From Squalus acanthias (taxonomy: Eukaryota), in the NCBI GenBank assembly GCA_030390025.1, contig CM059432.1, positions 151,282,001 to 151,346,000 on the forward strand: DNA of 64,000 bases, in the 5' to 3' direction. Below the pieces are notes generated by a model that was given only the letters and a program-made list of their open reading frames with translations, was not told where the DNA came from and did no database searches. Shown here one piece after another: positions 34,172 through 45,741 of the stretch; the first letter of the stretch is position 1, and each line of letters opens with the position of its first letter. A program made the translations under genes and the position numbers.

Positions 34172-37100
34172 ATGTTCAGTGACCTCACCAGAGTTGTCAA
34201 GGTGGGAATATTGCTCACTTACTGTCTGCTCACATCTCCACCACCTGTAGTCTCACTACCCACAATACTCAGAATACTCCCCTCCCCCACTTCCTTTTAC
34301 TCTCCTACCTTCACTGCTCCTCACACTCACACACTCATCCCTATTCCTACCCTCACTTCCCCACACCCCACATCTGACACACTGACAACCAGCTATTCCC
34401 CCCATGACAGGCACATTCTCCAAACACCTCACAAGACTCTCACTAACACATTCCCTTCTTTCTTGCAGGAGAAGGTTGTACACAACACCATTTAGCAGGC
34501 TGACACCAGAGGAGGAAGAGCCTGCCTGCACACCCTCTCCCCCCTGGAAGAAAGCGTGCTGACCATCACAGGCAGGAGAGTCACGGCCATGGTGACTGAA
34601 AACACTGGAGGAGATGTCACGGCCATGGTGACTGAAAACACTGGAGGAGATGTCACTCAGGGTTTCTTCACACCCTGATCCTCCTTTTTCCTTATTACTT
34701 CTACACACTTTGCGTGACAATCTGCCGATGCTTTCACCACCCACTTCTCTCTCTCTGCTCTCCCTTCATACCACAAGCTAGCCCTGTCCCTCTCTTTCAT
34801 TTCAGGTGCTGAGAATGTTGAAGCCCCTGTACCAGTGCATGAAGAATTCCTGAAGATGCGCCTTCACTCACTCTCGCCCTCGTAAACATCAGCTCAGATA
34901 CTGGCACCACGCGTAGATTAAAGGAGGTGCCTTCATGTGGTAAATCACCAGGCACAAATGCGCAAGGGCTAGGGGAGGTGTATAGAACGCTACAGGTGAC
35001 AGCTTGGCAGAGGGCGAAATGGTACACTAGACCTACTGCAGAGGACTCAGATACTGATTTCGAGGGCCCAGTCTACCGAAGAAGGCTGATGAACATATAC
35101 CAGGAAATGCTAGGTGCGCTGGACAGCGTGCCAGCGAGCTTGTGCACAGAGCATGGAGGAGTCCATTCCCAACTTGTGTCAAGGAATGACGCATTGCATG
35201 GAAACCATTCTGTCCAACATGTCTACAGCTTGGGAGGTGGAAGGCTGCTGAGATTCCATCAAGGACACTTCAGATGGCCGTGGAGGACGACTTTGAACAG
35301 CCAGCTAGTCCAGACAGCCCCGGCCCACACCGAGTTTCTGCAGTCTGCAGCTGAGCCCTCACGGCCCAGAGCTGCTCAATTCGTCCTCCACAGCCATCTG
35401 AAGTGCTCTCGATGGACTCTCAGCGGCCTTCCACCTCCCAAGCTGTAGACTGGGGAAACACTTTGTTGGAGCACTCTGATACAGAAATCAGCAAACAAGC
35501 CAGGCACGAAGAGCATGCATGAGGTGATGCATATGTTTTTGTCAATGTTGATATACTATGAAAATATCTGTTTGGTAAATTTGTTTTTTGTTCTGGATTT
35601 GGTGTTGGTGTTTATCTTCATAGTGAAGTGAGGGCAAAACCCACAATTCTGGACTGAAAGAAGGCAATTGGTTGGTGGTAGTGAGGACTGTGGTGACGAT
35701 TGTGGGATTATTGGTGTATTGGGGATAGGAAGGATGGTTCAGGCGAAACCCTCTTCGATGAGCTGGTTGCTGAGTGCTCAGGCAGCTAGGGGCCTTGATG
35801 GTCAAAGCCTTTCCTCCTCATCATGCTCCTCCACCTGCTGTTCCTCCTCCTGCGCTTCTTGCTGCCCAGGTGATGGTAAACGTTGGCCCCTTCTGCTGGT
35901 GAAGTTGTAGAGCATGCAGCAGGCGATGGCAAATCTGAATACCTACTCAGGGATGTATTGCCAAGCTGCTCCAGAATGGTCCAGGCAGCAGAAGCATTGC
36001 TTGAGAACACCAATTATTTGCTTGATCACGTTTCTCATGGGGCCTGGCTCTCATTGTAAGGGTGCTCTGCAGCTGTGTCCAGGTTCCTGACAGGAGTCAT
36101 GAGCTAAGTCCAGAAGCCAGCAGAGAACAGCCGCAGGATGAAAGTCATGATTTCTGCCAGGATAGCGGGCACAGACCTGCATCATACGCTACCTTTGCTT
36201 TTTATTAGTTCCTGGGATGTGGGCGTCACTGGCAAGGCCAGCATTTATTGCCCATCCTTAATTGCCCTTGAGAAGGTGGTGGTGAGCCGCCTTCTTGAAC
36301 CGCTGCAGTCCGTGTGGTGAAGGTGCTCCCACAGTGCTGTTAGGGAGGGAGTTCCAGGATTTTGTCACAGCGACGATGAAAGAACAGCCGATATACTTCC
36401 AAGTCAGGACCTTTGGACACCGTTGAGGGAGTCAAAGCTCTTTCAATTGATTGAGATGCCAGGCTAGTGATCGGGAGCACACAGGCAATGTGGGTACAGT
36501 CTATCGCACCTCGCACCCTGGGGAAGCCTGACATACGGGAAAAGCCTACTGCTCTCTCATCCTGCTTTACTCTATCCATGGGGAAGGAGATGTAAGTCTT
36601 CCTCCTGGTGTAGAGAGCCTCGATGACCTCCCTGATACAACATTAGACTACGAACCAGGAGATGTGGCTGATGTAACCTGCTGCAGCCTGAAAGGAGCCC
36701 GTTACTTAAAAGTTGAGGGCCACGGTGAGCTGGACAGCCACAGGAAGTCCTGTCCATGCCCTGGTGCGAGGCTCGGGTTGTGGCTGCAGCAGGTGACATA
36801 GCTCGGTGACAGCCTCCTGGGTGAAGTGAAGGCGCCTCAGACATTGCTCCTCAGTAATGTTGATGTAAGAGAAATGCTCACTGAATACCCACTGTGGGTA
36901 AGGCCTCCTGTGTGGTGCCCTCCTCCTCCTTGTGGTGGCAGCTGCTCCTGTTCTTTCTGTCTCCCTTGCTGCCCCCTCTCGTCTTCCAGCCCTAGGAGAC
37001 CACCCATGACGGCAGCCAAACTATTTCTGAGGCAGCCAACAACAGTACAACACCAGCAAAATCTTGCTCTGTTTAGAAAAAGTGAGCTTTACAGAGTCAT

Positions 37101-37512
37101 AAAACACACCAAGAAACGTCCAGAAGTTAACTAGCAGCCTGAACTGACAAACCAGCCACTAACCTGTGAGTTCTGCCTGATCCCTTGAAACGCTGGTGTG
37201 GGGTCCTTCCTGCTGGTTAGTGCCACGTGTCGCTGGACACGTTCAGCATGTAGAGAGTGAAGTGATGGGGTAACACCAAATTAGAAAATGGGTCCTGCAA
37301 GAAACACAGGACCCTAATTTAAATAAACACATTCATTCCTATAAATAGTCTGGAGGGGCACTCCTGATGCTAACGGAGCTGCCGACATCAATGTGATGGG
37401 AGGCGCTCTTCCAGCTCATTATGAGCGTGCCACTTCTGTCCCGCCATTTTGGAAGTATAGGAGGTCATTTAACAACCAAAGAATGGGAGCGGCGCGGATG
37501 AATTTCTCGGCC
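34172..37512. mobile_element. Decayed autonomous-type Harbinger (Myb remnant + strand ~34172-35450; transposase remnant - strand ~35790-37020)
   Basis: FSDLTRVVKV / QEKVVHN on +; GFSRMSGFPRVRGAIDCTHIA on -. Same convergent layout as 8582-12746; TIR-like gaatttctcggcc at ~37500. Confidence 0.8.
36200..36408 (-). mobile_element. 3' end of the Zenon/Crack-like LINE inserted in the decayed transposase
   Basis: Highly similar to ~20300-20505. Confidence 0.85.
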
Positions 37513-38432
37513 AGAGATCTTCAGGATCCCTGGTTGTACACATGAATGGACAAGATCCGTATTCAACTGTGGGCCGAGTCACTTTATAAGTAAGATGAGG
37601 CTGCACAGCCAGGCCTGTGTCTCGCAATTGCAGTTCGAAAGCCTGGCTCACATCCTGTATCTGAAATACAATGCTAATCCATGTGTGGGAGCTGTCCCCA
37701 CTGGGGTGTCTGTGTGAGCGGCAACATAACTGTTATTCTTTTCATGCCTGTTCAATGGTCCTTTTCAACAGTGCTTCCTCACCCACAATCACCCACTTCC
37801 TCACATTGAAAGAGCTCTGTGTGACTCTATTCAAACACCCTTCCACATTTTTCTTACCAGTTTTCCCAGTCCTGAAGGTGTTAATTCCTTGCTGGAGTAT
37901 CTCCCCACAGGCACCTGATGCGCTCCAGTATCTCACCCTAAAAACTAGGGTCCTAAACCTGAACAAAGCAAACTAGGTATGAGAGGCGAGTTGGCTAAGG
38001 TAGGTTGGGAAACTAGATGATAAGATATGACAGTAGAAAAGCAATGGCAAACATTTAAAGAAATAATTCATAATTCTGGGACCTGGGTGGAGCAACAGCG
38101 GCGAGGCAGCAGCGGTAAAAGGCGGCAGCGACCAGGTAGGCCCACAGAGGCGGCGGACCTGGGTGGAGCAACAGCGGCGAGGCAGCAGCGGTAAAAGGCG
38201 GCAGCGACCAGGTAGGCTTTCACCAAGCCGAGAGCAGGAGAGAGGTAAAATAAAATCGAAGTGTGACGTCACCAGAAAGCAGGTAAGTGATTGGTTGGTG
38301 AGTATTTCTCTTTTTTTTATACAAAACTTCAATTCCATAGTTTATAGTTTCTCGGGTATCTGTGGTGTAGCAGAGACTGCTGGCATAAATTAACTGAAGG
38401 GTAAATAATAAATTTTTAATTAATTACATAGA

Positions 38433-39389
38433 ATGGGAGAGCAGGTGATGTGTTACTGCTGCAATATGTGGGAGCTGGTGGACACCATTGATGTTCACGG
38501 TGAACACATTTGCAGTAAGTGTTGGCTGCTCGAGGAACTCCGGCTCCGTGTTGATGAGCTGGAGTCCGAGCTTCAAACACTGCGACACATCAGGGAGGGG
38601 GAGAGTTACCTGGACTCCGTGTTTCAGGAGGTAGTCACACCAATTAGAGTAACTAATTCAGAAGTAGCCCGTGGTCAGGGACAGGAAGGTGTGACTACGA
38701 GTGAGGCAGGTACAGGGATCCAGGAGGTACTGTTGGAGGAGCCGCAGCCCTTGCTCCTGTCCAACAGGTTCGAGGCTCTTACTCCCTGTGTGGATAGGAG
38801 CGGGGACTGCAGGGAGGATGAGCAACCTGGCCACAGCACCGTGGTAAGGGGGGCCATTCAAGTGGGGGGAGTAAAAAGAAATGTTGTAGTGGTAGGGGAT
38901 AGTATCATTAGGGGGATAGATAGGGTTCTTTGCAGCCAAGAGCGAGAGTCCCGAAGGCTGTGTTGCCTGCCCGGTGCCAGGGTTAAGGACATCTCCTCTG
39001 GGCTGGAGAGAAACTTGGAGTGGGAGGGGGAGGATCCAGTTGTCGTGGTCCATGTTGGTACCAATGACATAGATAGGACAAGGAAAGAGGTTCTGCTGAG
39101 GGAGTTTGAGCAGCTAGGGGCCAAATTAAAAAGCAGAACCTCGAGGGTAATAATCTCTGGATTACTACCTGAGCCACGAGCAAATTTGGCTAGGGTAAAT
39201 AAAATCAGGGAGTTGAATGCGTGGCTCAAAGACTGGTGTGGGAAAAATGGGTTTTGCTTCTTGGGACACTGGCACCAGTACTGGGGCAGGAGAGAGCTGT
39301 TCCGTTGGGACGGACTTCACTTGGCCAGTGCTGGGACTAATGTCCTGGCGAATCGAATAACTAGGGCTGTGGAGAGGGCTTTAAACTAA
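38433..39389 (+). CDS. CR1 ORF1 (zinc finger/leucine zipper + SGNH esterase), intact, 318 aa
   Basis: CYCCNMWE..CSKC, heptad leucines, LSNRFEAL, VVGDS, CCLPGARV, HVGTND, DGLHL. Confidence 0.95.
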   Translation: MGEQVMCYCCNMWELVDTIDVHGEHICSKCWLLEELRLRVDELESELQTLRHIREGESYLDSVFQEVVTPIRVTNSEVARGQGQEGVTTSEAGTGIQEVLLEEPQPLLLSNRFEALTPCVDRSGDCREDEQPGHSTVVRGAIQVGGVKRNVVVVGDSIIRGIDRVLCSQERESRRLCCLPGARVKDISSGLERNLEWEGEDPVVVVHVGTNDIDRTRKEVLLREFEQLGAKLKSRTSRVIISGLLPEPRANLARVNKIRELNAWLKDWCGKNGFCFLGHWHQYWGRRELFRWDGLHLASAGTNVLANRITRAVERALN

Positions 39390-42379
39390 TTAGTGGGGGG
39401 GAGGTTACAAGATAGCAAAAAATAAAAATGACAACAGAGAGGGTCATAGACATAGGTAGCAGTAGGGGAATCACAAATCAGAGCGTGGCAGGAAGGGACA
39501 GAGTGTGTGGAGTAAAAGGTAAAGTGGTAAAAAGTGAAAAAGCAGGAACTAAGTGCCACAAAGCATATTTGAAAGTTCTCTATCTGAATGCACGTAGCAT
39601 TCGTAACAAAATAGACGAGTTAATGGCACAAATAACTACATATGGTTATGATATTGTGGCCATTACAGAAACATGACTGCAGGGTGACAATGCCTGGGAA
39701 TTAAACATACCAGGTTATTTAACGATCAGGAAGGACAGGCAGGAAGGAAGGGGAGGTGGGGTGGCTATGTTAATAAAGGAAGGAATCACTGTAATACAGA
39801 GTAATGATATTGGGTCAAAAAATCATGATAATGAAACAGTTTGGGTGGAGATAAGGAATAATAAGGGGAAAAAAACACTAGTGGGCGTAGTCTATAGGCC
39901 TCCGAACAGTTGCAACTCTGTTGGACGGAGTATCAATCAGGAAATAGTTGAGGCATGTAATAAGGGAACATCTATAATTATGGGGGATTTTAACTATCAT
40001 ATTAATTGGACAAATCAAATGTGGCAGGGCTGCCTTGAGGATGAGTTCATTGAGTGTATTAGGGATGGGTTTCTTGAGCAGTATGTAACTGAACCGACCA
40101 GGGGGCAAGCAACCTTAGATCTGGTCCTGTGTAACGAGACAGGATTAATTAAAAATGTCCTAGTAAAGGATCCCCTTGGAATGAGTGACCATAACATGGT
40201 TGAATTCCATATTCAATTAGAGGGTGAGAAGGTTGGATCTCAAACAAGCGTGCTAAGCTTGAATAAAGGAGACTATGAAGGTATGCGAGCGGAATTGAGT
40301 AGAGTGGATTGGGAAAATAGATTAAAGGGTAAGACGACACATGATCAGTGGTGTACATTCAAGGAGTTATTTTACAACTTCCAAAAAAAATATATTCCAC
40401 TGAAAAGAAAAGGGTGTAAAAGAAAGGACAGTCATCCGTGGCTAAGTAAAGAAATTAAGGATAGTATTCGACTAAAAACAAGGGCATATAAGGTAGCGAA
40501 ATCTAGTGGGAGGACAGAGGATTGGGAAAACTTTAAAAGGCAGCAAAAAATAACAAAAAGATTGATTAAGAAAGGGAAGATAGATTATGAAAGTAAATTA
40601 GCAAAAAATATAAAAACAGATAGTAAGAGTTTTTATAGTTATATAAAAAGAAAAAGGGTGGCTAAAGTAAATGTTGGTCCCTTAGAGGATGAGACCGGGA
40701 AATTAATGTTGGGAAATATGGAGATGGCAAAAACACTGAATGAATATTTTGTATCAGTCTTTACAGTAGAGGACACTAAGAATATCCCAACACTGGACAA
40801 ACAGGGGGCTATAGGGGGAGAGGAGCTAAACACGATCAAAATCACTAAGGAAGTGGTACTCGGTAAAATAATGGGACTCAAGGCGGATAAATCACCTGGA
40901 CCTGATGGCTTACATCCTAGAGTCTTGAAGGAAGTGGCGGTAGGGATTGTAGATGCATTGGTAATAATTTTTCAAAACTCCCTGGATTCCGCTGAGGTCC
41001 CGGCAGACTGGAAAACTGCTAATGTAACACCCTTATTTAAAAAGGGCAGTAGACAGAAGGCTGGTAACTATAGACCGGTTAGCCTAACATCTGTGGTAGG
41101 TAAAATTTTGGAGTCCATTATTAAGGAAACAGTAACAGGACATTTGGATAATCATAATTTAATAGGACAAAGTCAGCATGGTTTTACGAAGGGGAAGTCA
41201 TGTTTGACAAATTTGCTGGAGTTCTTTGAGGAAGTAACATATAGAGTGGATAAAGGGGAACCAGTGGACGTAGTGTATTTAGACTTCCAAAAGGCATTTG
41301 ACAAGGTGCCACACAAAAGATTATTGCTTAAGGTAAAAAATCACGGGATTGGGGGTAATATTCTGGCATGGATAGAGGATTGGCTATCCAACAGAAAGCA
41401 AAGAGTTGGGATAAATGGTTCATTCTCAGACTGGCAATCAGTAACTAGTGGTGTTCCACAGGGGTCAGTGCTGGGTCCCCAACTCTTTACAATCTATATT
41501 AACGATTTGGAGGAAGGGACCAAGTGTAACATATCAAAATTTGCAGATGATACAAAGATGGGAGGGAAAGTAGTGAGTGAGGAGGACATAAAAAACCTGC
41601 AAGGGGACATAGACAGGCTAAGTAAGTGGGCAGAGATTTGGCAGATGGAATACAACACTGGAAAGTGTGAGGTGATGCACTTTGGCAGGAAAAATCCTAG
41701 AGCAATTTATTATCTTAATGGCAAGAAACTGGAGAGTACTGAAGTGCAAAGGGATCTGGGGGTCCTGGTGCACGAAACTCAAAAGGTTAGTATGCAGGTG
41801 CAGCAAGTGATTAAGAAGGCAAATGGAATGTTGGCTTTCATTGCTAGGGGGATAGAATATAAAAATAGGGAGGTATTGCTTCAGTTGTACAAGGTATTGG
41901 TGAGACCGCACCTGGAATACTGCATACAGTTTTGGTGTCCTTACTTAAGGAAAGACATCCTTGCTCTCGAGGCAGTGCAAAAAAGGTTCACTCGGTTAAT
42001 CCCGGGGATGAGGGGGTGGTCATATGAGGAGAGGTTGGGTAGATTGGGACTCTACTCATTGGAGTTCAGAAGAATGAGAGGCGATCTTATTGAAACATAT
42101 AAGATTGTGAAGGGGTTGGATCGGGTGGATGCGGGGAGGATGTTCCCGATGACAGGTGAGACTAGAACTAGGGGACATAGTCTTAGAATAAGGGGCTGCT
42201 CTTTCAAAACTGAGATGAGGAGGAACTACTTCACTCAGAGGGTGGTAGGTCCATGGAATATGCTGCCACAAAAAGCTGTAGAAGCTACAACATTAAATAA
42301 ATTTAAAACAGAAATAGACAGTTTCCTAGAAGTAAAGGGCATTAAGGGTTACGGGGAGCGGGCAGGAATTTGGACATGA
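39380..42379 (+). pseudogene. CR1 ORF2 (APE+RT), no frameshifts but in-frame stops at 39413-15 and 39674-76
   Basis: ORFs 39428-39676 and 39761-42379 share a frame; ITET* is a likely TGG>TGA change; full APE and RT motifs. Confidence 0.92.
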
Positions 42380-42991
42380 GTCTAGGTTCGGATCGGTCAT
42401 GGCCCTGTGGGTAGTGGAGCGGGCCCAGGGACCGTGTAGCCTGATTCTGCTCCTATTTCGTGTGTGCAATTCTGTTAGATGCAGGAGATGGTTCTGTGAT
42501 AGATAGTAGATTGGCGGTTAGGATCAGATCAGCCATGATCTTATTGAATGGCGGAGCAGGCTCGAGGGGCCGATTGGCCTACTCCTGCTCCTATTTCTTA
42601 TGTTCTTATGTTCTTATAATTCACAACGAATATACATTCCCTTAAAGAATAAAAACACCACAGGAAAAATGTCCAACCGTGGCTAACAAGAGAAGTTAAA
42701 CATAGTATTAGATCAAAGGAAGAGGCTTATAATGTTGCCAAAAAGAATAGTAAGCCTGAGGATTGGGAGGATTTTAGAATTCAGCAAAGCAGGACCAAGA
42801 AATTGATAAAGAAAGGGAAAATAGAATATGAGAGTAAACTAGCGGGAGATGTAAAAACAGACTGTAAAAGCTTCTATAGGTATGTAAAAAGGAAAAGATT
42901 AGCGAAAGTAAATGTGGGTCCCTTACAGGCTGAGACAGGTGAAATTATAATGGGGAATAAGGAAATGGCAGAGAAATTAAACAAATACTTT

Positions 42992-45461
42992 GGTCGCGAT
43001 TTTGCCAGCAGAGGCGGGATCGCGACGGGAGAGGTGGTTGGCAGGTTCCGATCGTGCTCCCAGCTGCATCCGCTCTGTAAAGAGGATTTTCCGTAGATTG
43101 GCCTTGTTAAGCCCACCCTGCGAGGTTCCCGGCCAATTAAAAGGAAGCGGGTCTGATGACGTCATTTGATGACGCATCATCAGCCGGTTTCCTTAAAGGG
43201 ACCATGGCCACATTGATTTTGACAGTTGTGCTGTCAGTGTTCTATAGCATTGAGGTGCTGCAAACACTGACAACCACTACACAAAGGTGCACGTCTGCAC
43301 CCAGGCTCTCCCATGACTCCCTCCATATGCGTATGGAAGGAGTCACAGCACGCAGGGAGGTTCTCTTCCCTTCCAATGGGCGGAAGAGACCTCCCCAGGA
43401 GACCAACGCAGCCTGGTTGCACATTGCACAGGAGGGCACAAGCAGGGATGTTGTCAGGAGGACCAGGCTGCAGTGGCACAAACCTTTCAATGATCTCAGT
43501 AGATCACGAAACGTTACTGCAAAGCCACACTCAACCTCATCCTGCTGTGCCACTCAACACATCCCCATCGCTCTGCCTTCCCTACCCTACTCCTGCACAT
43601 CCTTACTCACACCAACTTACCTTGCACCTCCACCCATACCTCCCTCTCTATCTACATTATCACATCCCCATCTCACTAGCCACCCCTCACACTCGCCCTC
43701 ATCCTAGTCCAATCATACCAACTAACAACACACAAGGGTGGGTACTTGGGTGTTTCACGCAATGTTCATGTGAAGTTTCTGGTAATGTGTTGTCAAACAT
43801 TGAAATCTATATTTTCAACACTTTGCATTCTTGGACAGATCTGTGCTCACCTTTGGAAGTGTCTTAGTGAGTTGCAGTGAATGGTGAGACATAACGGTAC
43901 CCCCCGCAATGGTGATGAGTGTGAAAGGAATGGCTTGGACATTGTAGGCATGCTTTATGGTGCTGGTGTGGGGTGGTGCCAACCTGGCGCATCATGTGGC
44001 AGCCAGGGTGTACAGCAATGTTGTCGAGTGTTGATGCCCTGTGTCCTGTGCAGCATCAGGTGATTGCGGAGAAGGTTGGTATTGCTGGTGATGTTGGTGT
44101 TGTGGTTGATCGTGGTGAGGACCAAGGTGAGATTTTTTCAAGGGTACCGATGTTGCTGGAATAGATGGCAGCTGAAGTTGAGATGACAGAAGCGATCTGT
44201 CAATGGTGAGAGAGCTTGCTCCAAGGAGGTGGTGACAGTGGATAGAGAGTTTACTCCAAACATTTCCAAACTGCATAAAGCTCAAAAGTGTCTTCCAAGT
44301 CCTGAAATCTCAAGCTTCTGACATTGGAAAGTGACCGGCTGTGAAATGATAGCTTTCATACCACTTTTGCTGCTGTCACCTGTTCACAGCAATGGGGAGA
44401 CATAGAGAACCCGACCTACTTACCTGACGCGATCTCTGAACGACGTGAACCCTAGTAAACAAGCACTTAACAGGCAGTTAAATGCCTCCCCTGCCGCTTG
44501 GAGCGCGATCTTGCCAACCCTGGGGAGGCGGGTATGGAGGCGGGACTGCCGGGAAAATGGCAGAATTTGGGGGCGGGTGCCCAACCCGTCTCCGTGCCAT
44601 CTTGTCAGGAGGCGGGTTGCCGTCCCGCGCCGGGTCCAGTCTCCTTGGAGACGGGAGGGGATTAGTGCCACTTAACTGCCCGTTAACAGGTAGTTAACAG
44701 GCAGATAAGAGGATTATCCCCATTTTACCCACACAAGTGCGGGCTTCCTGAGGCTGCGAACCCCGCCAGGGTCACCGAGGCGAGTAGTGGGTCTGCGGGG
44801 GTCGGAGGGGTGCAAAAGTGCGCTGTGAAGGTAAGTGATCGGTGCAAGTGTGGAGAGGTGAGTATGTGAGGTGAGTGGAAAGTGTTAGTAAAAGTTTACT
44901 TACCTTTGTTTCTTCCTGCAGGCTTCAGTCGGTGGGTATGCGGAGAGTCTCGCACCTCCGCGGTAGAGATGACAGATGGCCGTTGCATTCTCCAATGCAG
45001 CAACCATCTAATTTCTGCAAAAGAAAGAGGTTTGATGAGGTCTTGAATTCAAGAACTCATCAAACTACAGAGAATGTCAGTGTTTGACAGCTTCACAGAG
45101 CTGTCAAACAATGACAATTCATCTGTCAAAAAATTTTCTGTAACCGGCTTCCCCTTAATTGGCCTGCTAGGCCCGCTGGGCGGGCTTAACAAGGTCAATC
45201 AAGGGAAAATAGCGTGGGTTGGCCAGAAGCTGATGGAGGGGGGACTGAAACCCAACAAGTGTGAGTCCCACCTCCAAATGCTCCCCATTGGCAAAATGCA
45301 GCCCTTGGTGTCGGGTCTGTTCTGAAATCGCAGACCCGACACTTTGAAAACTTACATGGAGGCAGGTTCACAGCAGGTTCCCAACCTGCTGTCAATCATT
45401 TTGATTTTGACAGCGGACCCGCCTCCAAACCCGCACTCTGACCGCCAGCAAAATTCAGCCC
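42992..45461 (+). mobile_element. Non-autonomous Harbinger derivative with a decayed Myb exon (~43290-43510)
   Basis: Imperfect TIR ggtcgcgattttgc / gcaaaattcagccc; TSD TTT (42989-91, 45462-64); RREVLFP..AWLHIA..RRTRLQWHKPFNDL. Confidence 0.85.
44501..45304. mobile_element. Nested non-autonomous Harbinger (804 bp; family of 26238-27064, opposite orientation)
   Basis: TSD TTG (44498-500, 45305-07); TIR-like gagcgcgatcttgcc / ggcaaaatgcagccc. Confidence 0.82.
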
Positions 45462-45741
45462 TTTGTGTCTGTCGTCAAGGAAAAGACACAAAAAACCTCC
45501 AGAAATAGTGGACAACCAAGGGTCCAGTGAGAATGAGGAACTGAAAGAAATTAGTATTAGTAAAAAAAATAGTACTGGAGAAATTAATGGGACTGAAAGC
45601 TGATAAATCCCCTGGACCTGATGGCCTACATCCTAGGGTTTTGAAAGAGGTGGCTATAGAGATAGTGGATGCATTGGTTGTCATCTTCCAAAATTCTATA
45701 GATTCTAGAACAGTTCCTGTGGATTGGAAGGTAGCAAATGT

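Larger units (their letters stand above)
38077..42615 (+). mobile_element. Apparently full-length CR1 LINE
   Basis: TSD ATAATTC (38070-76, 42616-22); GC-rich 5' UTR; ORF1; ORF2; (TTCTTATG)n tail. Confidence 0.95.
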
